A DNA stretch of 64,000 nt from a virus. Positions 31,272 through 40,107 of this stretch are shown one piece after another. Under the pieces are notes generated by a model, which was not told the origin of the DNA, searched no databases, and saw only the letters and a program-made list of their open reading frames with translations. Where the stretch lies: IMG/VR virus record IMGVR_UViG_3300025413_000010; one strand, 5' to 3'. The first letter of the stretch is position 1. Each line of letters begins with the position of its first letter. A program made the position numbers and the translations under genes.

Positions 31272-31820
31272 TTATCCTTTGTTTACATAAAAATAGTGTT
31301 GTCCAATTTGGGCAATTCTAACATAGCCCAATAGATGCCAGTGCGGGTGAATATAGTTAGCATGATAGAATTGAGCGCCGCGTGTAATGTCAGCACAGAT
31401 ACCGTGATATACTTGATATGCAACAGTTTTACTGTCCTGATATGTAGTACTCGCATACATGATAGGTCTATTTCTCATACAAACCCAAGAGAACTGACAA
31501 ACTCTACCACGCTTCTGTCTTACGACTTTACATGGAGTATTACCAAATCTCTTATCGCCAACTCGATTCATAACAACCTGAGTTACGGCAATTTTACCCT
31601 TAATAGACTGATTTCCTGCTTCATAATAAGCATTTTGTGCAAGACAATCAATCTGTTGTTTATCGTAGTTAGATTCATTAACGACTGGCTTTCCGAAAAC
31701 TTCAGCTTTTGGTGTATTTGCTCGAGCTGTTTCTGAAAAACTCATTATTACAACACTCAAACAAACCAGTGCAATTATAACAATATGACCAAAAGACTTA
31801 ATTTTATCGAATAGTAACAT
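31272..31820 (-). CDS. SleB/CwlJ-type cell wall hydrolase (Hydrolase_2)
   Basis: CLAQNAYYEA, AVTQVVMNRV, CQFSW, GAQFYHANY, IGQHYFY; start placed at ATG 31820 behind RBS AAGAGGA. Confidence 0.88.
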   Translation of the reverse strand: MLLFDKIKSFGHIVIIALVCLSVVIMSFSETARANTPKAEVFGKPVVNESNYDKQQIDCLAQNAYYEAGNQSIKGKIAVTQVVMNRVGDKRFGNTPCKVVRQKRGRVCQFSWVCMRNRPIMYASTTYQDSKTVAYQVYHGICADITRGAQFYHANYIHPHWHLLGYVRIAQIGQHYFYVNKG

Positions 31821-31829
31821 TCGTTCCTC

Positions 31830-32061
31830 TTTTAAATTAACGATTCTGGCGATTGCATGTGTCCTTATAGAGCGTCTCATCTCGTGACAGTGATACAATG
31901 CTAAAAGAAGATACAAATAATGGATACTCTCGGGTATCTTCTAGTCCATCTCCCTCTTACTGGAGTTGCAAAATCATTATGCTTTTATGGCGGTAATCCG
32001 CTGCTTTCTTCTGAAAGCTATGTAAGAGCTCATGGAGGCCATGCCTCCGATTATATTTATA
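31830..32061 (-). promoter_or_regulatory. Late promoter (32054-32061) and about 220-nt structured 5' leader of the hydrolase gene
   Basis: TATAAATA; hairpins GGAGGC/GCCTCC, GCTTTC-AGAA-GAAAGC, GCGG-ATTA-CCGC, stems CTCTTAC/GTAAGAG and AGAAGATAC/GTATCTTCT. Confidence 0.5.
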
Positions 32062-32110
32062 TAAGTCTTAGAAATTATTTTATCGGTTGGACTTATTTTT
32101 GTAACGTTTG

Positions 32111-32218
32111 AACTTAGAAGAACACTGACTGATACCTGCACTTCTCACCGTGTGCTTTTCGAGTCGCGATCCCTAGATATCCGCGTGGCGTTATTCGTTG
32201 TCAGTGTTCATCAAAGTT
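32111..32218 (-). ncRNA. Candidate structured ncRNA module A
   Basis: Closing stem AACUUUGAUGAACACUGAC / GUCAGUGUUCUUCUAAGUU; no ORF. Confidence 0.55.
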
Positions 32219-32386
32219 TGCTGGGTACTATCGCTCCGTTTAAGGGCAATCGCTATACGTAGCCCCCCTAGAATAAATCTTTCATCGGTTGCGCCGAACA
32301 TCCCACATAGTGGCGGTTATCAGCTAGGGTGATGATCTTCCTCGATAGTTAGGATCTTGCGTTCTTTTGCTCGGACCCAACAAAAC
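32216..32386 (-). ncRNA. Candidate structured ncRNA module B
   Basis: Begins right after late promoter; closing stem UUUGUUGGGU / ACCCAGCAAA; inner CCCUAG/CUAGGG stem and hairpins. Confidence 0.55.
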
Positions 32387-32387
32387 T

Positions 32388-32395
32388 TATTTATA
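32388..32395 (-). promoter_or_regulatory. T4-type late promoter with no ORF downstream
   Basis: TATTTATA on + strand. Confidence 0.65.
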
Positions 32396-32630
32396 CCACG
32401 GTTTACCGCGTGACAGGAAAACTTACCACTAGGGCGGGATACTTGCTCTGAATCTTTGACTCGGGAACTTCTTCCTCTGTCCCACATTCTCGGTTTTCTC
32501 TCTTATTACGACCAGGCTTAATGTTGTTTAAGCCCTTTGCTAGTACCTGATTTCAACAAAGCAGTATCAGTCAAGTTAACTGTCTTACTATGCATTCACC
32601 AGGCTTTTCCTGCCCCTCGATAAACCGTGG
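32396..32630 (-). ncRNA. Candidate structured ncRNA module C (about 235 nt)
   Basis: Closing helix CCACGGUUUAUCG/CGGUAAACCGUGG then GGCAGGAAAA/UUUUCCUGUC; inner hairpins GGCUUAA/UUAAGCC, GGGAC/GUUCCC, stem UUGACU/AGUCAA. Confidence 0.6.
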
Positions 32631-32637
32631 AGCTAAA

Positions 32638-32744
32638 CTTAGAAGAACCTACGATATGGAGCGCCCTCTCCACGGCAGCCACCAACGTCTTCGTCAAGAC
32701 TTATTCCGGTGGTAGAACCCGTCGGCAAAGTAGGTTCATCTAAG
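32638..32744 (-). ncRNA. Candidate structured ncRNA module D
   Basis: Closing stem CUUAGAUGAACCUAC / GUAGGUUCUUCUAAG enclosing three hairpins. Confidence 0.6.
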
Positions 32745-33040
32745 TGGTGGGATTCTGTTGCTAGGTTCCCACCAAACCCCGAAAGATCATGCTGCTAGAG
32801 CAAGATTTCCATATGCGCTGTTATCGTTTGCATCTACGTTTATTTAGCCACTCGGCCAGCGAATCAGTCTCGAATCTTCCTATTCCGCCCAAGTCGATCC
32901 TAGTTCACCCCCATCAACTACTACGGTAACAATCCCTGACTTTGCGCGAAGTACTCGACACGAGTATCGTAGTAGATGGTGGAGGTGACGGGTACTGCCC
33001 CCGTGTCCTCTAGACCTTTATTGTTGATTGTCAACAACTG
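32743..33040 (-). ncRNA. ssrA: Circularly permuted (two-piece) tmRNA
   Basis: Acceptor piece ends ...GGGGGCAGUACCCGUCACCUCCACCA (3' end 32977); spacer 32913-32976; coding piece starts GGGGGUGAACUAGGAUCGAC (32912); G3:U70 pair; tag ANDNSAYGNLALAA-stop at 32787-32831; outer ends approximate. Confidence 0.93.
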
Positions 33041-33050
33041 ATAAAATTAT

Positions 33051-34001
33051 TTATGCTGCTTCAGCGTATTCCACAGCAAGATTAAGAGCCTTAACCTTAC
33101 GTTCCTTGTTAGCGCCAAACCAGCTGTTATACAGACGAGTATCAGCAGTACGACCAAGTTCGTGATCAGTCAGATACGTAACAGCATTAAATGCCTGCCA
33201 CCAACTACCTTCAGCATAACGAGCGCCAGGCTGTTCATGAACAATAGCCAAAGCCAATTCAGCAGCACGAGACAGATCATTAGATTCTTTATTAGACGAA
33301 GGAAATACCTGATTAAAATACTCAGTCATTGTTTCGCCAGTATAACGCTTTGACCCAAGAAATGCAGCCATTTCCTTATAGGTGTTCAGCTTATCCTTAG
33401 CAATACCCAGAGTTTCCTTCACAGTATCGCCATCAAAAGCACGACGATGATCAACACGAAGCATCTTATCAGCCTTAGTCGAAAGCGACAGCGAAAGAGT
33501 GTTCATACAAACAACACGGATGGGAGTAAACTGAACAGTAATCGACTTACCAAACTGATGAGGATTACTGAACAATAGATAAGATTCAACCTTATCTCCA
33601 CCGAAAAGATCAAACCCTTCATTTACCTTAGCCAAAGCCCAAACATACTGACCGTTACGCAGAGAACCAGCAGTATGCATCTGCATGTCACCATTACCGA
33701 TAAAGTCATTGAAGAATTCGAAGGCTTCGCTATTCTGACAAGGAACCCAATTCTGAGTAACAACGTCAAGAATACGATCATCGCTCGAACGAACTAGAGC
33801 TTCACGCCCAGTATATACGTTCCGACCATTCAGCTCAACATGAAGAGGAACCTTACGAACTTCCCAGTTAAGACCAGCTTCCTTCATCATTTGCTCGGGA
33901 GTAAGATCGCCGTGAACAGCCTTACCAAGACCATGCCAAGGGGTATCCCCAACATAAGCCATCTGAGCTTCACCATTAACAAACTCAAGTTCATGTGCCA
34001 T
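33051..34001 (-). CDS. DUF932-family protein
   Basis: MAHELE, PWHGLG, QN.EAF.FF, TAGSL, TPIRVVC.NTL, W.AFNAVT. Confidence 0.85.
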   Translation of the reverse strand: MAHELEFVNGEAQMAYVGDTPWHGLGKAVHGDLTPEQMMKEAGLNWEVRKVPLHVELNGRNVYTGREALVRSSDDRILDVVTQNWVPCQNSEAFEFFNDFIGNGDMQMHTAGSLRNGQYVWALAKVNEGFDLFGGDKVESYLLFSNPHQFGKSITVQFTPIRVVCMNTLSLSLSTKADKMLRVDHRRAFDGDTVKETLGIAKDKLNTYKEMAAFLGSKRYTGETMTEYFNQVFPSSNKESNDLSRAAELALAIVHEQPGARYAEGSWWQAFNAVTYLTDHELGRTADTRLYNSWFGANKERKVKALNLAVEYAEAA

Positions 34002-34070
34002 GATATAACATCCTTTAGATTATTGCCAACTCACTTAGCACAACCCTTATACCTCTATCAATGATATAGG

Positions 34071-34514
34071 TCAAGCTATTTTTTCAATAAAATCGCTACA
34101 AATACCATAACACGAGCGATTCACGTCTTTAAGATCAGGATCAAGCCACTCAGGCATCACATTAATACTAATTGTTGTAAGAGACTTTCCTGGATAAGTC
34201 CAGATATATCCGTGGCTAGTAATAACGAAATCATCTTTTTGATGCCAAAAAAAGTTGTAGCTCGTGTCACTTAACCAACGAAGAGCGCCAAGATTTTTTG
34301 CATGAATCCACAACTTAAACACACGATCATCAAGCCAGTTTTTTGAGATTGGGTAAGTAGGATTGTCGTGACCCAACCACAATTCACCATTTGTATACCA
34401 AAGATCAATTTCAGCATCAAATTCGTTACTTAATGCTTTGTCAATTTGTTCTGGAGAATTTTCTACTGCTTCATCGGGACCAAGAAATAGACCTCTATGC
34501 GCAATTAGCTTCAT
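34071..34514 (-). CDS. GDPD-like small phosphodiesterase-family protein
   Basis: LIAHRG, EN, EIDLW, LGHD, WIHAKN, GICSD. Confidence 0.65.
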   Translation of the reverse strand: MKLIAHRGLFLGPDEAVENSPEQIDKALSNEFDAEIDLWYTNGELWLGHDNPTYPISKNWLDDRVFKLWIHAKNLGALRWLSDTSYNFFWHQKDDFVITSHGYIWTYPGKSLTTISINVMPEWLDPDLKDVNRSCYGICSDFIEKIA

Positions 34515-35119
34515 TATGGTCTCCGGAAATAGATATTGGCTTCTGTCTTAAATTCAGGATGATCATAAGTTACATCAAACACAAAGCCTTTATCAGTTAG
34601 CCAAGCAGAAACGCTATCGTAAGAATTATCCACACCTTTATACAGCGGAACATTATAAGAAACTTCTACTACACCAGCATGTACAATATCAATATAATCA
34701 CCAAGACTCTTAAGAACATTGAAATCGCTGCCCTGCGCATCAACATGGAGGTAGTCAATCTGAGTGATATTGTGCATACGGCAGAAGTCATCAAGACGAA
34801 TAGTCATAACAGACTGTTTGCCCGTATAGTGAAAGTCAAATCCACTCCACCTTTCGGAAACATTGTCAGTAAAATCATTAAGAGAACTGCAACCCCAATC
34901 TTGCCAACCAGCAACATTAAACGTAGTAAATCTGTTCTCAATATCAACAGCAAGAGGGATAATCTTTACTCTGCTGTCATTTCCATACTTTTCATTGAGC
35001 AACTTGACCAATTCTACAGTGGGCTCAAAGCCGTATAGAACCATATCATTTTGAGTAAGATAATTAGGAGTATCCGTTCCTTGATTCATACCAACTTCAA
35101 TAACAGTTCTCATATACAA
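34514..35119 (-). CDS. FkbM-family methyltransferase
   Basis: IEVG.N.G, YGFEP, RLDDF, IDYLHVDAQGSD..VL. Confidence 0.85.
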   Translation of the reverse strand: MYMRTVIEVGMNQGTDTPNYLTQNDMVLYGFEPTVELVKLLNEKYGNDSRVKIIPLAVDIENRFTTFNVAGWQDWGCSSLNDFTDNVSERWSGFDFHYTGKQSVMTIRLDDFCRMHNITQIDYLHVDAQGSDFNVLKSLGDYIDIVHAGVVEVSYNVPLYKGVDNSYDSVSAWLTDKGFVFDVTYDHPEFKTEANIYFRRP

Positions 35120-35123
35120 TTCC

Positions 35124-35810
35124 TTAATAATAATCTTTTTTATCGCCTCTACGTAATACGTATTGGACTATCTTTTCTTGGTTGATAGGCAAATTAAAGT
35201 TTTTCATAGAATTTAGAAGCAGTCTATGCGGAGGAGTTTCGTGACTATCTTCGAATTTCGGATTATAAAATTCTTGCATAATAAATTCAGACATATTGAC
35301 GATATTATCTCTCTTAGATAAGAATATCCAGTCATTAGGAAATGTATTAGCAGAATCAATAGTAACAACATTTGGATCAAAATTAACTGGATAGTCCACA
35401 TAAACTAGATCGCATCTAGATTTGACAACAATATCATACTGCCAGCCCTGTTCTTTTTCTTGCTGAATCATCATTTCAACAGCTTGTCTGAACTTTAAAT
35501 ACTGATAGTAGGTACTTTCATGATCTTTGTGTCTAGGATCAACAGCGTCAGGAACCTTATAGTTTTCAGAGTTATCGTCAATAAGCACCTTTTTAAGATT
35601 AAGACCGCTAAACAATTCAAAAATACGCTGATTGTCTAGAATCTCATCATCTTGATATCCGAACTTGCCTTGAATATAAGGATGATAGTTATAACGACGG
35701 TTATACGTAGCTAGAAAGATATCAGCAGTATTACCAAAAACATTAATAAAACTATCTTTAGTTTGGTCCCATGTTCTTACATTTCCAGACAGTAATATAG
35801 CTATTTTCAT
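35124..35810 (-). CDS. Putative glycosyltransferase-like protein
   Basis: MKIAILLSG.VR, YDIVVKSRCDL, ND motifs. Confidence 0.55.
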   Translation of the reverse strand: MKIAILLSGNVRTWDQTKDSFINVFGNTADIFLATYNRRYNYHPYIQGKFGYQDDEILDNQRIFELFSGLNLKKVLIDDNSENYKVPDAVDPRHKDHESTYYQYLKFRQAVEMMIQQEKEQGWQYDIVVKSRCDLVYVDYPVNFDPNVVTIDSANTFPNDWIFLSKRDNIVNMSEFIMQEFYNPKFEDSHETPPHRLLLNSMKNFNLPINQEKIVQYVLRRGDKKDYY

Positions 35811-37189
35811 TCATGATTCTCCGATAGAAAATAATTAAGATCTTCAGGGGTGCCGATACCCCACATCTTATCAATAGTTTTCACACGAATCTTTTTGCCG
35901 TCTTCAATAGCCTGGTTAAACACAGGACAGACATAAAATTCGTTATTAACACGAATATTTTTTTCGATCATCTGTTCAGCATACTTAACGTAATCTGATC
36001 CTTTAGACCAATAATAAACACCAACAGTAGCAAGATCAGAGATTACTTTCTTTTCAGCAACTTCAGAAACGAAACCTTCCTCGTTTAGTTTGGCGTAAGA
36101 CCATTTAGGATGAGTAGCATTAAATGTAAGAATACCACCGTCTATAGAATCAGCATTGAATGCATACATGACTTCATTTGAGTTCCATTCAATAAATTGA
36201 TCAGAGTTTGCCATAACCAGAGGCTGATCGTTGTCAATAAACTCTTTGGCAAGAAGAGTAGTGCAAGCAGCGCCTTCGGTTACACCATCAACTAGAACAA
36301 TCTTGCAGTTAGGTGCAATCAGGTTTAGAAGATATTTCAGATTGTATTTTTCGTAATGCTCTTGCTGACAGATAAAGATATAATTGGCTTCAATATTCAG
36401 ATTCTCAACAACAACCTGAATCATAGGCTTTCCGCGAACTTCAATTAAAGGCTTTGGGAAAGTATAACCAGCCTGAGCAAACCGACTACCAGCACCAGCC
36501 ATAGGAATAAGAACATTCAGCTTATTATCTCTCCAAGGAAGAGATTTGTTTCCTTTACCTTCAATTGTATTCATAAGATCTTTAATCCTTTGTTGCATAA
36601 ATTCAGAATTAACTTCTTTGGCATTTTCTACAGCCAGAAGATGCGCGCCTGAATCAAGAGCGCCTTGTCTGCCAATATGACTATCTTCGATAATGATTGT
36701 ATCTTTTGGAAGAGCATTAAGCGCAATCATACATTTCCAATACATTTCAGGATACGGCTTTGATCTAGTTACATCCTCATTAGAAACATAATAATCAACA
36801 TACTCTAAAACACCAATAGCCATAAGAGCGAGCTTCACAGTTTCTCTAATAGAATTAGAAGCTACAGCAATCTTATATCCTTGATGCTTAATCCAGAGGA
36901 ACATATTTCTAAGAAAATGTTCTTCACCAAATTGCTTAATAAGCTCAAATGTTGCCGTCTGTTTGTGTTCCCAAACATAATCATATTTGTCTACAGGCAA
37001 TCCTTTACGCTCAGTAAGCATTTTCAACTTACGAGTTGTAGACAATCCATCGTATGTACTAAGATGTTCTTCTCGTGAAATTACGTACTTTGGATCAACT
37101 GACGACAACGCCTCATTGAGTGCATGATAATGTAGATCTCTTGATTCAATTAATACACCGTCAAGATCAAAGATAATCAGTTTATGCAT
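35807..37189 (-). CDS. HAD phosphatase fused to sugar-nucleotidyltransferase
   Basis: IFDLDGVL, KP.PE, IEDS; IPMAGAGSRF...PKPLI, GAACT, NSDQ, GIGTPEDL. Confidence 0.88.
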   Translation of the reverse strand: MHKLIIFDLDGVLIESRDLHYHALNEALSSVDPKYVISREEHLSTYDGLSTTRKLKMLTERKGLPVDKYDYVWEHKQTATFELIKQFGEEHFLRNMFLWIKHQGYKIAVASNSIRETVKLALMAIGVLEYVDYYVSNEDVTRSKPYPEMYWKCMIALNALPKDTIIIEDSHIGRQGALDSGAHLLAVENAKEVNSEFMQQRIKDLMNTIEGKGNKSLPWRDNKLNVLIPMAGAGSRFAQAGYTFPKPLIEVRGKPMIQVVVENLNIEANYIFICQQEHYEKYNLKYLLNLIAPNCKIVLVDGVTEGAACTTLLAKEFIDNDQPLVMANSDQFIEWNSNEVMYAFNADSIDGGILTFNATHPKWSYAKLNEEGFVSEVAEKKVISDLATVGVYYWSKGSDYVKYAEQMIEKNIRVNNEFYVCPVFNQAIEDGKKIRVKTIDKMWGIGTPEDLNYFLSENHE

Positions 37190-38156
37190 TACATACCTCT
37201 AAAATATCATCTACAGTATTTGAGATAGAATGATTTTGTACAAGATAATCACGATTAATATTCATTTCTGTATCGTGAACACCTTGGAAATTTATCATAT
37301 AATCTAATAGCTGTTGATCATTATCATAAACAAAACCATAATCAGACAACAGTTTAGCGCCAGCAATATTACGAGCAGCCCAAGGAGTTCTATTCGCCAT
37401 AGATTCTAATATAACCAGACCAAACCCTTCTGAATGCGAATTCATAATATAAAGATCAGCCTCAGAAATAGCAGAAAGAACATCTTCTCTAGAATCTAGC
37501 ATAATAGATTTTACTCTATAGCTGTTTGGTGGCTGCATACCATTTCTGTTATCATATCCTGTAAGTACCAGAGTCACATCATCACGATTAAGACGATTGA
37601 ATACTTCTATAAGCTCTGGCATAGCTTTATTAGGCCAGAACCCGCCGCAAGACAAGAACATATATTTTGTTGTGATATTATACTTTTCTCTAAACCCTGG
37701 AGAACCCATAGAGTTGCGAATATCAATTCCGTGAGAAACCTGAACGCCTTTATATGCAGAATTCTTTGCGTATAAGAAATCCCAATCTTCATGGGTAGAA
37801 CAACCAATATAAGGAATATTCTCTAAAGCAAAATCATGTATTGGGGCTTCTTTAGGGAGAATAATTAGGAACAATATTGGTGAGGGGATTTTAGCGCAGT
37901 TACTAAGAACAAAGTCTTGAACACCTACTGTAGCACCATGAACTACAATAAGGTCCCATTTTTCCAATAATACATTTGCATCGCTGGTTACTCGAACGCC
38001 ATTTAATTCGCCTTGATGCTCTCCAGCAAAAACAGCAGCAATGTGGCCTCGACGAAGGGTTTCTTCAGCCATATCTCGAACATAATTTTCTGAACCACCG
38101 GGAAACGGTGCATAACGGTGTACAACATATAGAATTCTTTTCATTATAATTTCCAA
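37182..38156 (-). CDS. GT4-family glycosyltransferase
   Basis: P.PGGSE, K.M..L, SEGFGLVILESM. Confidence 0.85.
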   Translation of the reverse strand: MEIIMKRILYVVHRYAPFPGGSENYVRDMAEETLRRGHIAAVFAGEHQGELNGVRVTSDANVLLEKWDLIVVHGATVGVQDFVLSNCAKIPSPILFLIILPKEAPIHDFALENIPYIGCSTHEDWDFLYAKNSAYKGVQVSHGIDIRNSMGSPGFREKYNITTKYMFLSCGGFWPNKAMPELIEVFNRLNRDDVTLVLTGYDNRNGMQPPNSYRVKSIMLDSREDVLSAISEADLYIMNSHSEGFGLVILESMANRTPWAARNIAGAKLLSDYGFVYDNDQQLLDYMINFQGVHDTEMNINRDYLVQNHSISNTVDDILEVCNA

Positions 38157-38947
38157 TCCGGCACTCTATCATACTGATGAACTATATAGTATTTTTCTCC
38201 AGAGCTAGTATATACGGCTCCGTCTTTGTATACTGGCTCAGGTCCGAGCAAATTCTCTCTAAAGTAATCAATCTTTCTAGGATCACCAGTAGTTCCTAGC
38301 TGACAAGCCCATCCGGAATCATGACTAACAAAGTCAATAGCATCTTTAAATGGCTGAGTTTGGATCATCACATTATATACGGCTTGATCAACAATAGGAA
38401 TTGGTCTGTTTACGCCATTAACAAAAATGTTAAATACCAAATCCTTGATATATTCAGATTCACCAGCAAGAACACCAACGTTATAGATTTCATTAAACTT
38501 GAAATTTTCGTAGATGTATGGACCATAAGTTTCCATCAAATTTTGATTACCCCATGGTTCATCTTTATATTTCATAGATTCAGAAGCAGCAATTAAAGAC
38601 TTTCTAGGATCCATATAATTGACAATCCACTCAAAGGGATTGCGCTGGAAAATTACATCTCTAACATCAGTGGTAACTACGTACTTGTAGTTTGTATATC
38701 GAGTTTTGAGAAACTCATAAATGCAGATAAACCGAAGAACGTGAACAGGAATATTATCAGCAATTGGCATATCAATCAGAATAAATCCCATAGAGATCAG
38801 CTTATCCTGAGTTTCCTGAGAAGTTTTCCCTATTGCCATTACTTTGTCAGTATTAGAATCAGCAACCGCACAAACTGATTCTACCCACCGTTGCACTTGA
38901 GGATATTCATATCCTGAAAATCCACCAATGATAAGATTCTTTTTCAT
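38144..38947 (-). CDS. Putative GT-A glycosyltransferase
   Basis: TDVRDVIFQ.NPF, N.GV..G, DQA.YN, VHQYDR. Confidence 0.6.
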   Translation of the reverse strand: MKKNLIIGGFSGYEYPQVQRWVESVCAVADSNTDKVMAIGKTSQETQDKLISMGFILIDMPIADNIPVHVLRFICIYEFLKTRYTNYKYVVTTDVRDVIFQRNPFEWIVNYMDPRKSLIAASESMKYKDEPWGNQNLMETYGPYIYENFKFNEIYNVGVLAGESEYIKDLVFNIFVNGVNRPIPIVDQAVYNVMIQTQPFKDAIDFVSHDSGWACQLGTTGDPRKIDYFRENLLGPEPVYKDGAVYTSSGEKYYIVHQYDRVPDWKL

Positions 38948-38964
38948 TTAATTCTCCAGAAAAT

Positions 38965-38997
38965 AATGCCCCCGAAGCCGAAACTCCGAGGGCATTT
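38965..38997 (-). terminator. Terminator after OMP gene
   Basis: AAUGCCCUCGG...UUCGGGGCAUU hairpin followed by AUUUUUC. Confidence 0.55.
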
Positions 38998-39021
38998 ACG
39001 TAGTTCCGATAGTATAACCTA

Positions 39022-39495
39022 TCAGAAGCGGACAGTAACAGTACCAGCTACGCCGTTCTTCTTAGTAGCGCCAAAATCAGTGTGGTTAAACTGAGCGCCA
39101 ACCGAGAAAGGACCAAAAACGTTTACGTCAAGACCAGTGGTAAGACGCAGACCTTCAAGGTTATGCGCTCCAAGAGCGCGAAGATTATCATAACCAGCAC
39201 CAACATAAGCCAGAGCATGATCATTCAGCTTTGCACCAACACGAGCGCCGACATTGATATTAGTACGGTCAAACACATTGTCAAGACCAGCCTCAATTCC
39301 AGCAGTCACAGGACCGAGAACCTTTACGTCGTAACCAGCCTCAATACCGTAGGTGAAAGAACGGTTGGAAGGAATAGCAGTAATGTCCTGATAACCAACC
39401 GAGGCAGTCGCGCGAGGACCAGTAAAAGTATCGGCCATGGCGGGAGTAGCAGCAGCAAGAGCAGCTGCGGTAAGTGCATAGAAAACAGTCTTCAT
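39022..39495 (-). CDS. Small outer-membrane beta-barrel protein
   Basis: Signal peptide (…AATPAMA), FTGPR, alternating beta strands, C-terminal Phe (VRF). Confidence 0.82.
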   Translation of the reverse strand: MKTVFYALTAAALAAATPAMADTFTGPRATASVGYQDITAIPSNRSFTYGIEAGYDVKVLGPVTAGIEAGLDNVFDRTNINVGARVGAKLNDHALAYVGAGYDNLRALGAHNLEGLRLTTGLDVNVFGPFSVGAQFNHTDFGATKKNGVAGTVTVRF

Positions 39496-39627
39496 AGTAT
39501 TTTCACTTTCTTTATTGTTAACAAAAAGTGCTCAGACTTTCACTGGCTGTCCGTTAAGGTCTTTAGGTTCCCAATCAATCTTCGCTCTGCGAATCTTTAC
39601 AGCTATACCTACAACGCTCTAACTTCT

Positions 39628-39999
39628 TTATGCATTCAACCAAGCTAAAATATCTTCTTTTTTGGTTGAATATTTTCCATATTTCTGGACCATTGAAAGA
39701 ATTCTAGGAACTATGTAACAAATAAATTTGCCTTCGTTCTCTGGTTTTCTTTTTTGTTCAACAGATTTATATGGGATTCCCTCTATATATGCTCTAGCAA
39801 GGAAAGTAGCTCGATTTTCGTTTCTCACTTCAAACTTTCTGTGATTAACGATAGAGTTATACTGTTCAGTAACATGAGCAGACGATTGCTGATGTTTCAA
39901 TAACCAGCGTTGCTGCTTTAACAGTTTAGCTTCTTCGAACTTAATAACTTTTGCTTCTAGGCTGAGGTGTTTTGATTTAATCTTAAGTGCAATAGACAT
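39628..39999 (-). CDS. Conserved phage hypothetical protein
   Basis: LKIK.K.L..EA..I, VR.E.RAT.LA.AY. Confidence 0.7.
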   Translation of the reverse strand: MSIALKIKSKHLSLEAKVIKFEEAKLLKQQRWLLKHQQSSAHVTEQYNSIVNHRKFEVRNENRATFLARAYIEGIPYKSVEQKRKPENEGKFICYIVPRILSMVQKYGKYSTKKEDILAWLNA

Positions 40000-40107
40000 A
40001 TGTAATTCCTTTTGTTTAATAGTTGGGTTATTGGTAAACTACAACAAAAGGTGGATCTCTTGATTTAGAGTTCTATACGTTATTACTCATATTACATCTC
40101 CTTAGAA

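Noticed and set aside
31920-32111. 63-aa plus-strand ORF
   Set aside because: No RBS, antisense to the promoter-bearing structured leader; likely spurious
32265-32335. Hammerhead ribozyme in module B (CUGAUAA ... GAAA inside CCCUAG/CUAGGG)
   Set aside because: Core deviates from CUGANGA and no stem III can form
32216-32386. Y RNA/YrlA call from GGUCCGA near the 5' end
   Set aside because: 3' strand lacks the UUGAC/UUGUC partner for the bulged-C Ro60 site; no Ro gene in window
32396-32630. RNase P RNA or 6S RNA
   Set aside because: No GAGGAAAGUCC/P4 motifs; interior is multibranched rather than a rod with central bubble
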